Positions 49,728 through 62,748 of a DNA stretch of 64,000 bases are shown here, one piece after another. Source of the stretch: Bugula neritina. Its lineage: Eukaryota > Animalia > Bryozoa. Location of the stretch: assembly GCA_964035545.1 (NCBI GenBank), contig OZ037771.1:2243628-2307627 (forward strand). Direction: 5' to 3'. Position numbers and translations under genes: made by a program. Position 1 is the stretch's first letter, and every line of letters starts with the position of its first letter. The notes beneath the pieces are model-generated. The model saw only the letters and a program-made list of their open reading frames with translations, had not been told where the DNA came from and made no database searches.

Positions 49728-52700
49728 ATGGCGGGAAACTTTTGGCAAAGCTCCCATTAGTAAGTAGTTGTGAAAGTAAGACGGAGCATAAGCTCTGGTG
49801 AAAGTTTTTGCCTCTATTAGCAAGATTTCATGTCCATAGAGTGGTCTGCTGTTTCAGTGAAGAGTGGATTCTTGACAAGCAAGATCTTTCTGCTAAAAGA
49901 AAATCAGACTTACAACATTTGACTGAAGAAGAGTATCAGAAAATCATCATACTGTTTGCAAACTGTAAGGAGTGTAATATATTATTATGATGAAACGTAT
50001 GAGCACTGCTATATTATATATAATTTGTGTATTTGATAATTTTGTAAACCAGACACTGAGTAATGTTTGTCGCATTTCAAATTCAATTGAAATAGTGTTC
50101 AGTGATGTCAGATAGGTCTCTGTATTTGTTATCCGGTACATGTGTAATCAACTTGAACAGCCAGTTATGTTGTGCTAAGCTGGTGGGTCTAAACTCAACA
50201 AAGAAGAACCCAGCTCTAATTCGCTGCTGTGCTCTGTATAAATACCCAACATGCCATATCTTAGCTGAGCCCCTGTCAGATATTCTAATTATGGACAAAC
50301 GTAGGGTACAGTTGTCAGTCAAAGCCATTTTATAAATGATTGTTCATTGAACATTTTATCGCAAAAACTTTAAAATTTATTAGGTTTTTTTCTGTTGCAA
50401 CAGCTAGAAATGTGATTTTATCTGTCTACTGATCATAAGTACTTGTTATATCGTTGAAACTCTATAGTCATAACTTAGGTTTCAAATATTATATAATGAC
50501 TCAGTATTTCACAGTCGTAATGAATTGGTCACTCAAGTTTCAAGTTTTTAGATTTCAAAAATTTTACTGAACTTCAAAGTGGAGCTTTCAACAAGTCAAA
50601 AAAGTATCTTCATTTTCTCTGATTGTTACGTGTATATATTATGCTGCACAGTCGACTGTTTTGTCTTCAACAGTTATACAAGCTCTTGGGGAGTCAGTCA
50701 AACTCCGCCAACAGATTATTGCCACGGCAACTGTTTACTTCAAGAGGTTCTATTCAAGGTATGTTTGGCATTCACTCAAAAGGTTGTTTTATATCTGCGT
50801 TACATAATAAATTGCATTTTGAGAAAAGAATTACTACAAATTACTAAAAGGTTTTAGTTGTTGATTAACATTTTCTAGATTGAGGAAATCTTAAATTTAT
50901 AAAAAAATAATGATTTTTATCTAGTTAGTAGATGGGAAATTAATTTGAGCTGAAAATTTAATATAAGTGTTCAAAAATAATCAATAATCTTAAATTTATG
51001 AGTTATTTCTGTTACTTTTGACAATCAACTTAATGTTTGACAATCAACTTAAGTATTTGTATTTACATTGCCACCAACAGTTTAAAGATGGTCTGGTCTG
51101 TCGATATTTTATTTTGCAAGTCGGACTAAATTCGACTCGTTGAATAAATCACTTTCGCTGTTGCAGAAACTCCTTAAAATGTGTGGATCCTTCTTTGATG
51201 TCCCCAACTTGTCTATTGTTAGCTATGAAAGTTGAGGTAACCACTCTACTTGTATAATTTTCGTGTTTAGCTCATTTACAAAAAACTAATTGGCTAAAGC
51301 CAGGTGTTCTGTTGTTATTAAACATCCTGCTAGAAGTTTTATTTGGTTTCCATCTTCTAATTACCGAGCTTATTGCTGTTTTTACTGTATTCTGGAAAAT
51401 GCTTTTATTTTAGACATTTTAGATAAACTTAAAAATTCAAAGGAGAAATTTATTATCTCAAAACGGATGTATGTATGTTGGCTAAATTGAGTTTCTGACA
51501 AAAAATAAAAGAGGTTTATTTCTATATATACAATGCAAGTCCTTGTATAATGTTATATATTTGTATTTATTTCTTGTATTGTATTATTAAATATTACCGT
51601 CTTGGAGATATTATTATAATGAAAGAGTACTCTTTGTTTACTACGTTGCTATGGCTACAGGAGTATGGTCCCACATTATCCAATAAGATAATGACTTCTT
51701 GCTCCCAATTGACTAAAGGAAAGTTTCAGTATGCCTTCAAGCAGGAGTATCCTTACAGATTGGTGAATGTTCTAGAATGTGAATTTATTCTACTTGAGAT
51801 GATGGTAATTCGGTATTCAATTATTACTAGGCATTATATTTACTTCAAGTCACAAATGTAACTTCGAACACACTTTAACAGACAGATAACCAGGGCGTAG
51901 TTAGCTGTATCTGTTTGTCAGCCATTGTCATTGAGTAGTTACAATAGAGTAATTCAATTCTGAGAACATGTTATCCTCTTTGTAATGCTATTTTCTAAAT
52001 TGTAGCAATTTTTCAATTTATGCTGCATCAAAATACTTTTACGAAGGAGATAATCAAAGTACAGATTTAGTAAACAGGTTGTGCGTTAGTTCAAGGAGGT
52101 GACGTGTGAGGGTTTGTCTTGGTATGTAATGTGTGACGTCATCATGCTGTCGGTTTAGGACTGCTGCCTTATCGTCTACCAGCCGTACCGCCCTCTCACA
52201 GAGTACTGTACTGAGTTGAATGACGACTCCATCTTGCCTTTAGCCTGGAGAATAGTAAACGATAGCCTGAGAACTGATGCCTGCTTGCTATACCCTCCGT
52301 ACCTGATAGCCATAGGTAACTACGTACTTGCTATTTTCTACTCTGTACTCTAAAGTGACTACGTACTCTTCTCTCAGTACACCATAACCTTAGATTAAAT
52401 ATGGCCTTAGGTGTCCATCTATTCTGTCATCTGTAAGTCATAATTTCAGGTACGCAGTCTACCTCAAATGTTTCACATCTTTACGTAGTCAATAATTGCT
52501 AAATATTTCAAGTTAAAGGCCATAAAAATCATGAATACGAAGTCATAGTTACACCCTTCTGTTCTCATGCTCATACAACTCCGTCAACACATTATTAATT
52601 AACTGTAGCGGCGATGCACTTGGCGTGTGTGATGCTGAAGAAAGACTGTCAGAAATGGTTTGCTGAGCTCTCTGTGGACTTTGACACGATACTAGAGATA

Positions 52701-52823
52701 ACACAACTCCTGCTAGCTCTCTACGACCTCTGGCGAGACGGCTATGATGAGAAACGGGATATTTATGCAATTCTAGAGAAGATGCCTAAAGCTAAAACTA
52801 ACCCAGTTGCACCTCGGTCCTAA
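49728..52823 (+). CDS. CCNC: Cyclin C (Mediator kinase module), 7 exons, 269 aa
   Basis: Exons 49728-49759, 49858-49964, 50674-50758, 51167-51236, 51661-51804, 52159-52315, 52609-52823. MAGNFWQSSHY..., LRQQIIATATVYFKRFY, ECEFILLEMMDCCLIVYQPYRPL, WFAELSVD. Confidence 0.97.
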
Positions 52824-53758
52824 GATCCACTGTAGCTAATCATATCAATTATATCGTCCACCATAGCCAATCATATTGATTGTGAGGTCCACGTTAGCCA
52901 ATCATATTGATTGTAAAAAAATTATGAAGGAACTTTTTTCTCCTAATATCGGTCATTTAATAAAAAACAGTTTTATAGCTACAAAATCTGTTGTTTCCAA
53001 TTCTACTGTGTCTAGTCTGCATTTCTACTGCAGAAAATATCGAACTATACTAGACCATTTTCAATGCTGCATAAATATTGTAAATGATGTACATATTTTT
53101 TATTAATTTTATTACAAAATATAGTCATAAGATTGATCACAAATATTCTAAAGTTAACAATATATATTGTATGAAATAATTTCAATTTGTCACAAGTTGC
53201 AATAAGTAGAACATCAGTTGTAAGTAAATTATATTAGAACTCTTAACTGGTTCCCAAAGATCTATTTGTCTGTTTGCTACTCTAATTTTCACTGAAATGA
53301 TCATTTCTTTTTAATAGTTGATAAAATAATTTTTTATAACATTTCATTTCAATATTGTACAAAGCACTATAATAGTATAATGATGGCTAGGCTAACGACA
53401 TCTAAAACAAACTAAACACCTATAAACTTGTATAAACTTAGAAAGAAAAAGAGTTTATAATAATCTAAGAACATTATAATATATAAATATATTTACTGTA
53501 CATCATACAGTTTTTATCAGCAGTTGTAAGATAATAGAACATGTCGCAGAAAATTAAAGAAATATCAAAATATTATAACTACCTAAATTACTCGAATATA
53601 CAAAACACAGAATTAATTTCATAGCCCTGATAGTATAGATAAAACTACTAGTTGTAAATGAAATCCGCAAGTATACAATGTTAGCTCTACAAAAATATGT
53701 GTGTAGCTCAAGTTTTTAATCACACTGAATAGAACTTGGTGCCTCCTTGTTGAGCCCC

Positions 53759-56700
53759 TCAATTTCGACCTCTCTGGCACACCTGACACCTGCTTACTTG
53801 ACTATGCTGATTGGGAGGTTTGAGAGTCTCGCTGCTGGGTGCGTACCACTGACTGGCATCATCCTGCGCTCTCATCCAGAAACTAAACTTGTCTGAGAAG
53901 TAGTGGCAGGTGCCCTGAGCCCCGTTGCATTCAATAAATGGAGAGGTTCTGAAGTTTTCCAGGCATGAGCCAGGAGAAGATAGGAACTGACCACCGCCAT
54001 TACCACCCGCGCCAGTGTGCTAAACAAATAGAAATTTATATCTCCACAAAACTAGTAGGCAAACTCGAGATTTATTAAAAATTCATTAGGATTCACCATA
54101 CAAACTCTTAGTGAAAATATGCATGCAGTTTCCTATACAGTAATACACGCTTTACTACATACAATAATATGCACAAACTGTTTTATTTCATAAAGCATTG
54201 CAAACTTATTGTTTCCAAATGTACAGTAATACTTGATTAATGCTTTACTTTATACAGTAAAACTTACTGCTGTATTAAAAATAGCAATACACATTTATTG
54301 CTTTGCAAAACATACAGCAATACTCGCTAACTATCTATTTAACACACACACACACTTGTCTTACCAGGACGAAGCTGTAGCCAACCCAGACTCCGCCCCA
54401 TCCTGTTGGACACTCCGGTACTGAATCATCTTGACTATGCACGGCAATCACGTTAGCTGGTGCCTCACACACGGAGCATCGGCTTATATAAGGCCTACAA
54501 ATATATTCTTACCATTTATTAAATTATAGTTTCTTTCACTCACAGTACGAGCAGAATGCCTAGTGAATGTCATATGCATGAAAATACTTGCGAATAGCAC
54601 AACAGCTAAGATGGTGAATTTCGTAGACAGGCATGTATAGCAGCTGAGCTTACTATAAATAATTAATAATCTACAACTGCTGTTATAGATTCTGATTTGA
54701 AACGTAACAAATAGATCACACAAGAATGCTAGTGCTGTTATGATAAAAAACAACCATTATTATAACCAAGATGGCCACAATTATACAGCACTAATCAGAT
54801 TATGATAGACATATGTATGAAGAAGCTCTTTAACGAATAGAAAATGCTACGGATTGTTTAGAACACAAGTTTAGAAAGTATGAGGTTACCTTAAAGACTG
54901 GCCATTCACAGGCATCATTGGAAGGGGTTCAGTGGTCGATAGCCAATAAGAAAGACTGTTTCTCTCAGCATAATGACATACAGTATTGAAGTCACAAAAC
55001 AGGAATGGCATGATATTGAACTGTGCCAAACACGAGCCAGGAGAACCTGTGAACAAATTTAATGCATCAAATGCCTATATATCCTCCTATTACTATGGGA
55101 ACTTATTCCTTTAGTAAAATGAACAGAATTAACTGTGGGTAGCACAACTCTTCATATAAAACAACAAAAAAAATATTGCAAGCTGTTGACTTCTATTTAA
55201 AGAGAAAACATTTCCTGTGAGTCATAAATACCTAAGTCCTGAGTCTTGGAATTCTCGTTGCCCTCCATATGAAGGAAACTGTAGCCTGACCAGAGCCTAG
55301 TGGTACCGCTGGGGCACTGTGGCGATGTAACGGACTGACTATGACGTACCACCACAAAGCCGGTGTTATAACTAGCACCTGCAAGTACATGTAATACTGT
55401 TACTGTCTTGGACACTCAATGCAAGTGACATCTACTTCCTTTGTTCAAACTCTGTGAGACTCATTACAAAACACAAATGTCAACTAACCTGGAGGTCCAG
55501 GATAGCCAGTGTCTCCAGAATCGCCCGGAATGCCAGGCGCCCCATCTTGACCATCTTGTCCTTGAGGACCAGGTTGACCTGGAAAGCCATTATATCCATC
55601 TGCACCGTCACTACCATCATCTCCAGGGTATCCGCGATCTCCCTCCGAACCTGTGAAAGCAGAATGAATCTCAAAAGCATTATATAGCTAAACTAACAAA
55701 ATAGCAAATTACACTTCCATTTTCTACGATAAAACAAAATAAATTTTAAAGAAAATTTGAATAATCTGTAATAAATGGTGTGTTCTTTACCGGGAATTCC
55801 ATTGGCTCCATCAACTCCTGGATCTCCGGGCTCACCAGGAGCACCATCAGCACCATCGTCACCAGGAGCCCCAATTTGAGGAGAGGAAGTCCTCATTTGC
55901 CCCTTGGGTCCAGGTAGTCCCTGAAACAAACACATTCAGTAACTGCTAAACACTTATCCTTGCAAAACCCTTCTTCTGATAACACTGGTATGTTTACAAT
56001 GTAAAAGCGTTTTAAAAGCAAAAATCACATTAAATTTCTCAACTATTTTATTAAGCGTGAAATAAAGCTGTACCATGTTATATGCCTATTATATGCAGCT
56101 GCATAAAAATATAGTTTTAACTGCTATGCATTACTTATATTTATCACAAAAATAAACATAATTTGATATACCTTCAAGCCTGGAAGCCCAGGTAATCCAA
56201 CTTTCCCTGGTGTCCCATCTTTACCTGACAAACCGTATGGCCCGGGAAATCCTTTATCGCCCCTAATTCCCACAAATCCTGGGTAACCCTTTTCCCCAAT
56301 CATACCTGCAAGTGAAATCAGATCTCTGAAACATCAAGTTTTATGCTATTGCTATGTTTCATCAACACTGAATATACAGCAAAATAATTTATAGGTCTTC
56401 TCTCATTTTATGCTTTAAAAAGATATTGTGGTAGTGACATAAACTTTTTACTTAAATGTTCTTTGATATTCAAGACTATGTGCTAACCTGGCTCTCCAGG
56501 CAACCCATCTATTCCTGGGGCACCAGGTAATCCATCTACTCCAGTAAATCCTTTTGGACCTGAAAATCCGTCTCTTCCTTTATCTCCCTGAAGACCTGGG
56601 AATCCCGAAGGACCACGTCTTCCCGCCTCTCCAGGTATTCCTAAATAGACATTCAACCAGTAAATTAAACGCCAGATACTGAATAAACTAAATCCAACTC

Positions 56701-57666
56701 TTGTCATGGCTAATAATGCAACACATTTACCTTGGTCTCCCTTTTGGCCAACAACTGCCCTCTCTCCCTTTTCACCAGGTTGACCTTTGACACCGCTGCC
56801 AACTTCTCCTTTAACTCCTTTGACTCCATATTCTCCTCTGTCACCCTTTATTCCCACTGGGCCTAGAAAGAAAAGTGAATTGAACATGATGAAACCACGA
56901 GAAAACTTGATACAGTAAGACTTCGACATGAATGATACCCAATGCTCTTTTTCCAGCTACTCATAGTATAATCTTGACACACTTATTCGCAATTTATCAG
57001 CACAACACAATAAAAACTGCAATGGTGTCAAAAATGTAAATGTCTTATAATTTTATTTTTAGCAGTCAACTATTAAAAAATTATTTTAAAATCTTTTAGA
57101 AGATTTCCTGAAAAATTAAAAGAAACTGCAGAAATATTGTTGTGTCTAACCAGGCAATCCTTTGAGACCATCTAAGCCCTTTAATCCTTTAGCACCCTTT
57201 ATTCCATTGATGGCTTGACCAGGTTCACCGGGTGAGCCAGGGAATCCGTCATCACCTATAATTATTCACCAGTTGTGAGTCACACAGTCACCACGCAGGA
57301 TGTTAAGCAGTTATCTTGCACGTGAGCAATGTGGTTGAAATTTAGTTCAGTTAGTATCCCAAAACTTTAACATGCTCGCAGATTCAGTAAACCTAAAACT
57401 TTTAAATTATATAAGAAATTTCAAGTGACTGATGAAATGAAAATTTCAAGAACTACAAACTAGGAATAAAATTTATACAAAAATACCTGGCAATCCAGGT
57501 AAACCATCAAGCCCTGGTGAACCCTGAGGTCCAAAAGGACCTATCACACCCTTTTCTCCTGCAACTCCTGGTGTGCCATAGGCACCCCTATCACCAGGCT
57601 CTCCAGTTCTACCATCTCTACCAGGTAAACCTGTCACACCCTTCTCTCCTTTGGTACCAACAAGTC
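53759..57666 (-). CDS. Type IV collagen C-terminal module B (about 335 aa Gly-X-Y plus complete alpha2-like NC1), no evident own 5' end
   Basis: Exons 57666-57487, 57255-57151, 56862-56731, 56640-56488, 56305-56172, 55920-55791, 55650-55489, 55378-55232, 55046-54890, 54494-54365, 54019-53759; frame intact. NC1: [59 protein letters not shown]. Confidence 0.92.
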
Positions 57667-58384
57667 CTACAAGTAAAATTATATGTGGTTATACACAGGC
57701 ATAGCTAACAGCGAAGTGAACTTGCAGTACAATTACATGTAGACCTGCCCTAAATATAAGATGGCTAAATGACACTGCTTACCTTTAGCATCGGCATCGA
57801 AGAATAGACATAACAAAGCTGTGTTTATACTTTAACATTTTATTGTAAAAAAATCAATAATATTTTGAATGACAAAATAATCAAGTGATTTAAAACTATA
57901 ATATTGAATAAAATGACACTACTAAAGTCTTTATATTAATCTGGTTAGAAATACTGTAGAAACAGTGAAGTTACTATGAATCTAAATAGCAAGAGTTCAT
58001 AAAAGTTACTTAAGGAAACTGTCCCTAACTACTTATTTACAAAACTATAATCAATTACTTACCTACTGATACGTTTAGCCTAAAAAGTTCTAAGAAAACA
58101 AGAAAAATAGTATGAATATAAAATATTGCTATAATATAGAAAACAAATGCAATTATTGTAGAATTTGTTTAGAAGCGTCTAAAAATATATTTTTATTGCT
58201 AAAACCAAAACTGAAACTAAATACGTCTCAAGTCATATCAAAGTAATTTAAATATTTTTATACTGAAGAAGCACCGCAAACTGAAAGTGAAATACCTGAA
58301 TTATTTATATTTTTTATTGAAACTAAACTATAATTATTATTATCAGCAGTATAGAAACTCCCTCTTCAGCCTCCAATTCTTCCA

Positions 58385-61300
58385 TTAGCCCATGTTGTTG
58401 AGCCCGCCTTTCGGCATCTTGAGACACACCTGACAGCGGCTAATACGCTGCCTCTGATTGGGTGCTTTTATTGTCTCAGACACAGGAGAGCTAAACGAAT
58501 CACCGCCACGTATTGAGCTGAGCCAAAAACTGAATTCATTTGCAAAGTAATGACATGACCCTCTGACTCCATTGCACTCTATGAAAGGTGAAGTTCGGAA
58601 GTTTTCCAGGCATGATCCAGGAGAAGATAAATCCTGCCCACCACCTTGGGCACCAGCTCCAGTGTGCTGCAAAATAAGTTTCGTTGCGATGTCGAAAACA
58701 AGTTCAAAATAGAAAGAAAGAATTGATAACTTGTGCGTTTAAAATAAAAGAAACCACTGCAAAAATGATGAGAGTTTTTTGTGAAATAAACTTATATACT
58801 TTCAGATTTCACAAGTCAGTTGAAATATTATACAAGAAAAAATCTGGCTCTATTTGGCAAATATTTCTTAAAAAAAACTATGTCATTGAAAATATTTTTA
58901 GAAAAATCTAGAGCATAAATCAATAAAAGTGTAAATTAAATATGCTAATAATAGTCAATTTGTGGAGAATACTCTCAAAACCGTTGCTGTTCTCATCACA
59001 GTAAAATATAGCATGAAAATATCTCCAGCATAAAAGAGATAAGTAATCATCATTATTTAAGTATTATGCGTTGGAGTAATTACTTCCCACAGATGTCACT
59101 TCTGAAACATTGGGAAGACAACTTACCATAGCAAAACTGTAACCAATCCAAAGGCCATTCCATCCAACAGGGCACTGAGGGATAGTGTCAGTTTGACTGT
59201 GGACAGCCAACATGTTAGTTGGACTTTCACACACAGAGCACCTGCTAATGTAAGGCTCTATGCTTCGTTCCTCTTGAGGCATCATGGGAATTGGGGCAGT
59301 GGTAGACAACCAGAAAGACTTGTCATTGCGACTAGCATAGTTGCAGACGTTCATGAAGTCACAGAAGAGGAATGGCATGGTGGAGAACTTGGGCAGACAT
59401 GAACCCGCGGAACCTGTAGAAATTTGAACACATTTTACGGTCGTAAACCAAATCAAGGTATATGATTGGCTGCTTTCATTCAACAAAAGACAAACCAAAG
59501 TTGGAGCTGTGAAAATTGAAATGTATACAGGAAGCAGAACCATAGAAAGAAATTTATTCAATCAGATAAAAGAAGACAACTTCCAGAGACACAATATAGC
59601 TGAACGAGTGTGAAGCTATGTTCGATATCAAAGTTTTAATAAAATTGTATTGCTAAGAAATTTAAATATTTATCATTATTTTAATCTAAATCTCAAAATT
59701 CATATTTTTTTAGTAAAACTTGGGCAAAACTTTTATACTTTTCAGGAAATTCACACTATCAGTGTTTCACTAAAAGCATAATGCACTTTGTCATGCATAG
59801 GAGTGTAATTATTTCATGTAGCAACATGTTGATCTAAACATCAAAAGTGATTGTATCATCATAAACCACCCAGTGCTCTTGATTGAACAAATAATGTTCA
59901 ATCAACAGTCATCTGAGGTATTGTGCACATAGCAGTGCTATAAATAGCAAATTATATATTGTTTTTTAAAGCTGGAATTCAAATTATCACAAGCATAAGT
60001 AGTGGCCCTAGTCCTGCACACCTCTAGACAAGAACTCTAAGAATAGTATTGCTAGATTAAAGATTGTTTAGTTACGACATTTTTGTAGCCTCAGTACCTA
60101 ATCCTTGACTGTGGGACCTCTCATTGCCCTCCATGTAAAGAAAACTGTAACCATCCCACAACTTGGTTAATCCAATTGGGCACGCAGGTACTGTTGTCAT
60201 TTGACTATGTCTAACCAGTATATAGCCTGTAGGTCTAGTTTGGCCACTTTTTCCTGGACTACCTGCATGGTAATAGAGTAAAGATATAGTAAACATAACG
60301 CAACATGTGGTACAGATGCAATGTTTAAAGAGCTTCTAGTTAAATGTATGTCTGCCGCGGTTTTAAAAAAGTCAGATAAATTCTACAAAGGCTGAAGAAA
60401 ACCTTCATACTGTGTTTAACCCTTGACCTTAAAAATCGCCTGTTTGAGTAAATAATTGTAAAACAAAAAAACACTGCAGGCAACAATAGAGAGATAGAGT
60501 GTCAGCTCTTACATAATATATTACTTGTTTCCCCATGAAAACATAAGAGACTTAACATTAGACCAAAAATGCTATGCTTTAATAAAAAGTTCATATGCTA
60601 CTTGGTGATAAAAACACAAAACTTTGACAAATAAAATACCTCTTTGGCCTTTTGGACCCGGATTTCCTGGTAAACCATCTAATCCTGGAACACCCAGCTC
60701 ACCACGTTCTCCGGGCGAACCGTTTGAGCCGCGACGACCATAATAACCAGTGTCTCCTTTATCTCCGAGCCTACCCTTTTCTCCTGTAACATATTAGCAG
60801 AAGTTTAGCATCAAGTGTAGACCTAATGGTGTCCAAGAGTGCAGGGTTCAAAGAAAAAAGGTAATACATGAAAACTACTCTTTTGCCAGCTTATTACAGC
60901 TAACAATAGCAATCAGAGTGAATAGTACTTCCATATACTAGAAGTTGTTAAACTTCTCACAACTATAAGGGTGTTGAGACACCACACTCGCATCTATATG
61001 TCAAATTAAAAGGTGTTGGATCTAAAGAACGTTTTATCAAAGTATATATCTAAAATCATAATTTTAGTCATAAAAATAATACAAATTGAAGCAAAAAGTA
61101 ACATAAAATTGTTAAATGTAAAAGCAAAAAGCAAACACAGCAAAACAGTGACTTTATAAACTTATATATAGTTAATCATTGTGATACCTGGGAAGCCTGG
61201 GTAGCCATTTTGCCCAGGAAATCCCTTTTGACCCTTTGGTCCAGGTAATCCTGGTTCCCCTTTCAGCCCTTTAGGAAGATCTAAGAAATCGTCCTCTCCA

Positions 61301-62748
61301 GGCTCTCCGGGATCTCCCACTTCACCAGGTATACCATTTGCACCATCATCACCATCAAAGCCATCAAAACCTGGTAGTCCTTGATCTCCGATTTGACCAG
61401 AATCTCCCTTAAGACCGGTGAGGCCATCTTCACCCTTTTGCCCTTTGAAACCTAAATCAACAATATTCATGAATAATTCGCTTTAAACTGTTTGAACAGA
61501 GCAACATGTAAATTGACATAGCTTCACAAAAATGATTACTAGAGAAAACTAACAAGTTTACCTGGATATCCTTTGATGCCAGGTTTGCCATCTGCACCGG
61601 GATTTCCATTTCTACCAGGGAATCCCCTTCCACCTGGTAAACCATCTTCACTTTGATCACCTTTATCTCCAACATCTCCTGGAGATCCATCAATTCCAGG
61701 CACACCCTTAGGACCAGGCAACCCTTTGTCTCCAAGGAAACCTGGGAACCCTTTATCACCTAAAACAAGCATGTAATATAGACCGTAAGTTCTAGAATGC
61801 AGAAACATTTTTAATTAATTTCAATAATGTAATATACTTCGATAAAAACAAGAAATGTATGCCAGTTGCAATATTTCAATCCTTACAGTACCCAACAGCC
61901 AATTAGAATGAAATGAGTGCACAATCAAACACAATTGTCAACCATTATGCTTAGTGTTTGACAACTTGGAGCTATAAGGGCAGTTAGTAACACACCCTTG
62001 TATTCAAGTAATTTATTTGATATGGCTGCTTAGTGTTCCCTTCGACAAGTTAATCTGAGAGTGAAACTGGTCACCACTCATGATAAAATCTCTGAAGGTT
62101 TGAAGGATTTTTCTGGCACAGGTTTTTATCCAATTTTAGCAATTTCAATTATTATTACACAGTATATAACAAAAGTCTTTTGAGCGTTTGAGCCTTTTGG
62201 TAGAAAAATAAAACAAAAAATGGGAAAATTTTAACGGGTAAACGTGACAGGAATTCAATTTCCTACCTTTTTGACCAGGGTATCCTAAGCCAGCATATCC
62301 TGGAAGGCCAGGTAAACCACCAATTCCTTTGTCACCCTTCATTCCTTCAAAACCAGGTGAGCCATCTCTTCCATTTCTACCAGGATAACCCATTGCACCT
62401 TTGAGTCCAATGGTCAAATCACCCGGTTCTCCTTTATCGCCATTCAACCCAGATCTCCCTAACAGTTATGGATATTCATTGAAACATTCCCAGTGTTCAT
62501 AAATATATTATGTTTTATATCTATCATAGAACAAGCATTATACTTGGTAGAATCAAATGAAACTTTACCTTTGTTGCCATCTTTTCCAGGCTCTCCTGGA
62601 GACCCCTTCAAACCAGGAGGACCTCTTTCCCCTTTTGGTCCTGCTCCACCATCTGATCCGTCTTTGCCAGGATAACCTTTAGGTCCAGGAGCACCTGGCT
62701 TTCCAGGAAGTCCACCAACGCCCTTATCTCCTACCAATCCGTATAAAC
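58385..62748 (-). CDS. Type IV collagen alpha2-like chain, C-terminal module A (5' part presumably beyond the window)
   Basis: Exons 62748-62569, 62458-62267, 61759-61562, 61451-61188, 60783-60640, 60262-60098, 59413-59127, 58666-58385. NC1 has alpha2-type NDKS(F)WLST and IECNGxRGxCHY; sulfilimine-site Met (PIPMMP) and Lys (ETIK) are present. Confidence 0.95.

Noticed and set aside
50718-50731. X-box-like attgccacggcaac in cyclin C
   Set aside because: Falls in the conserved IATAT coding motif; explained by protein constraint.
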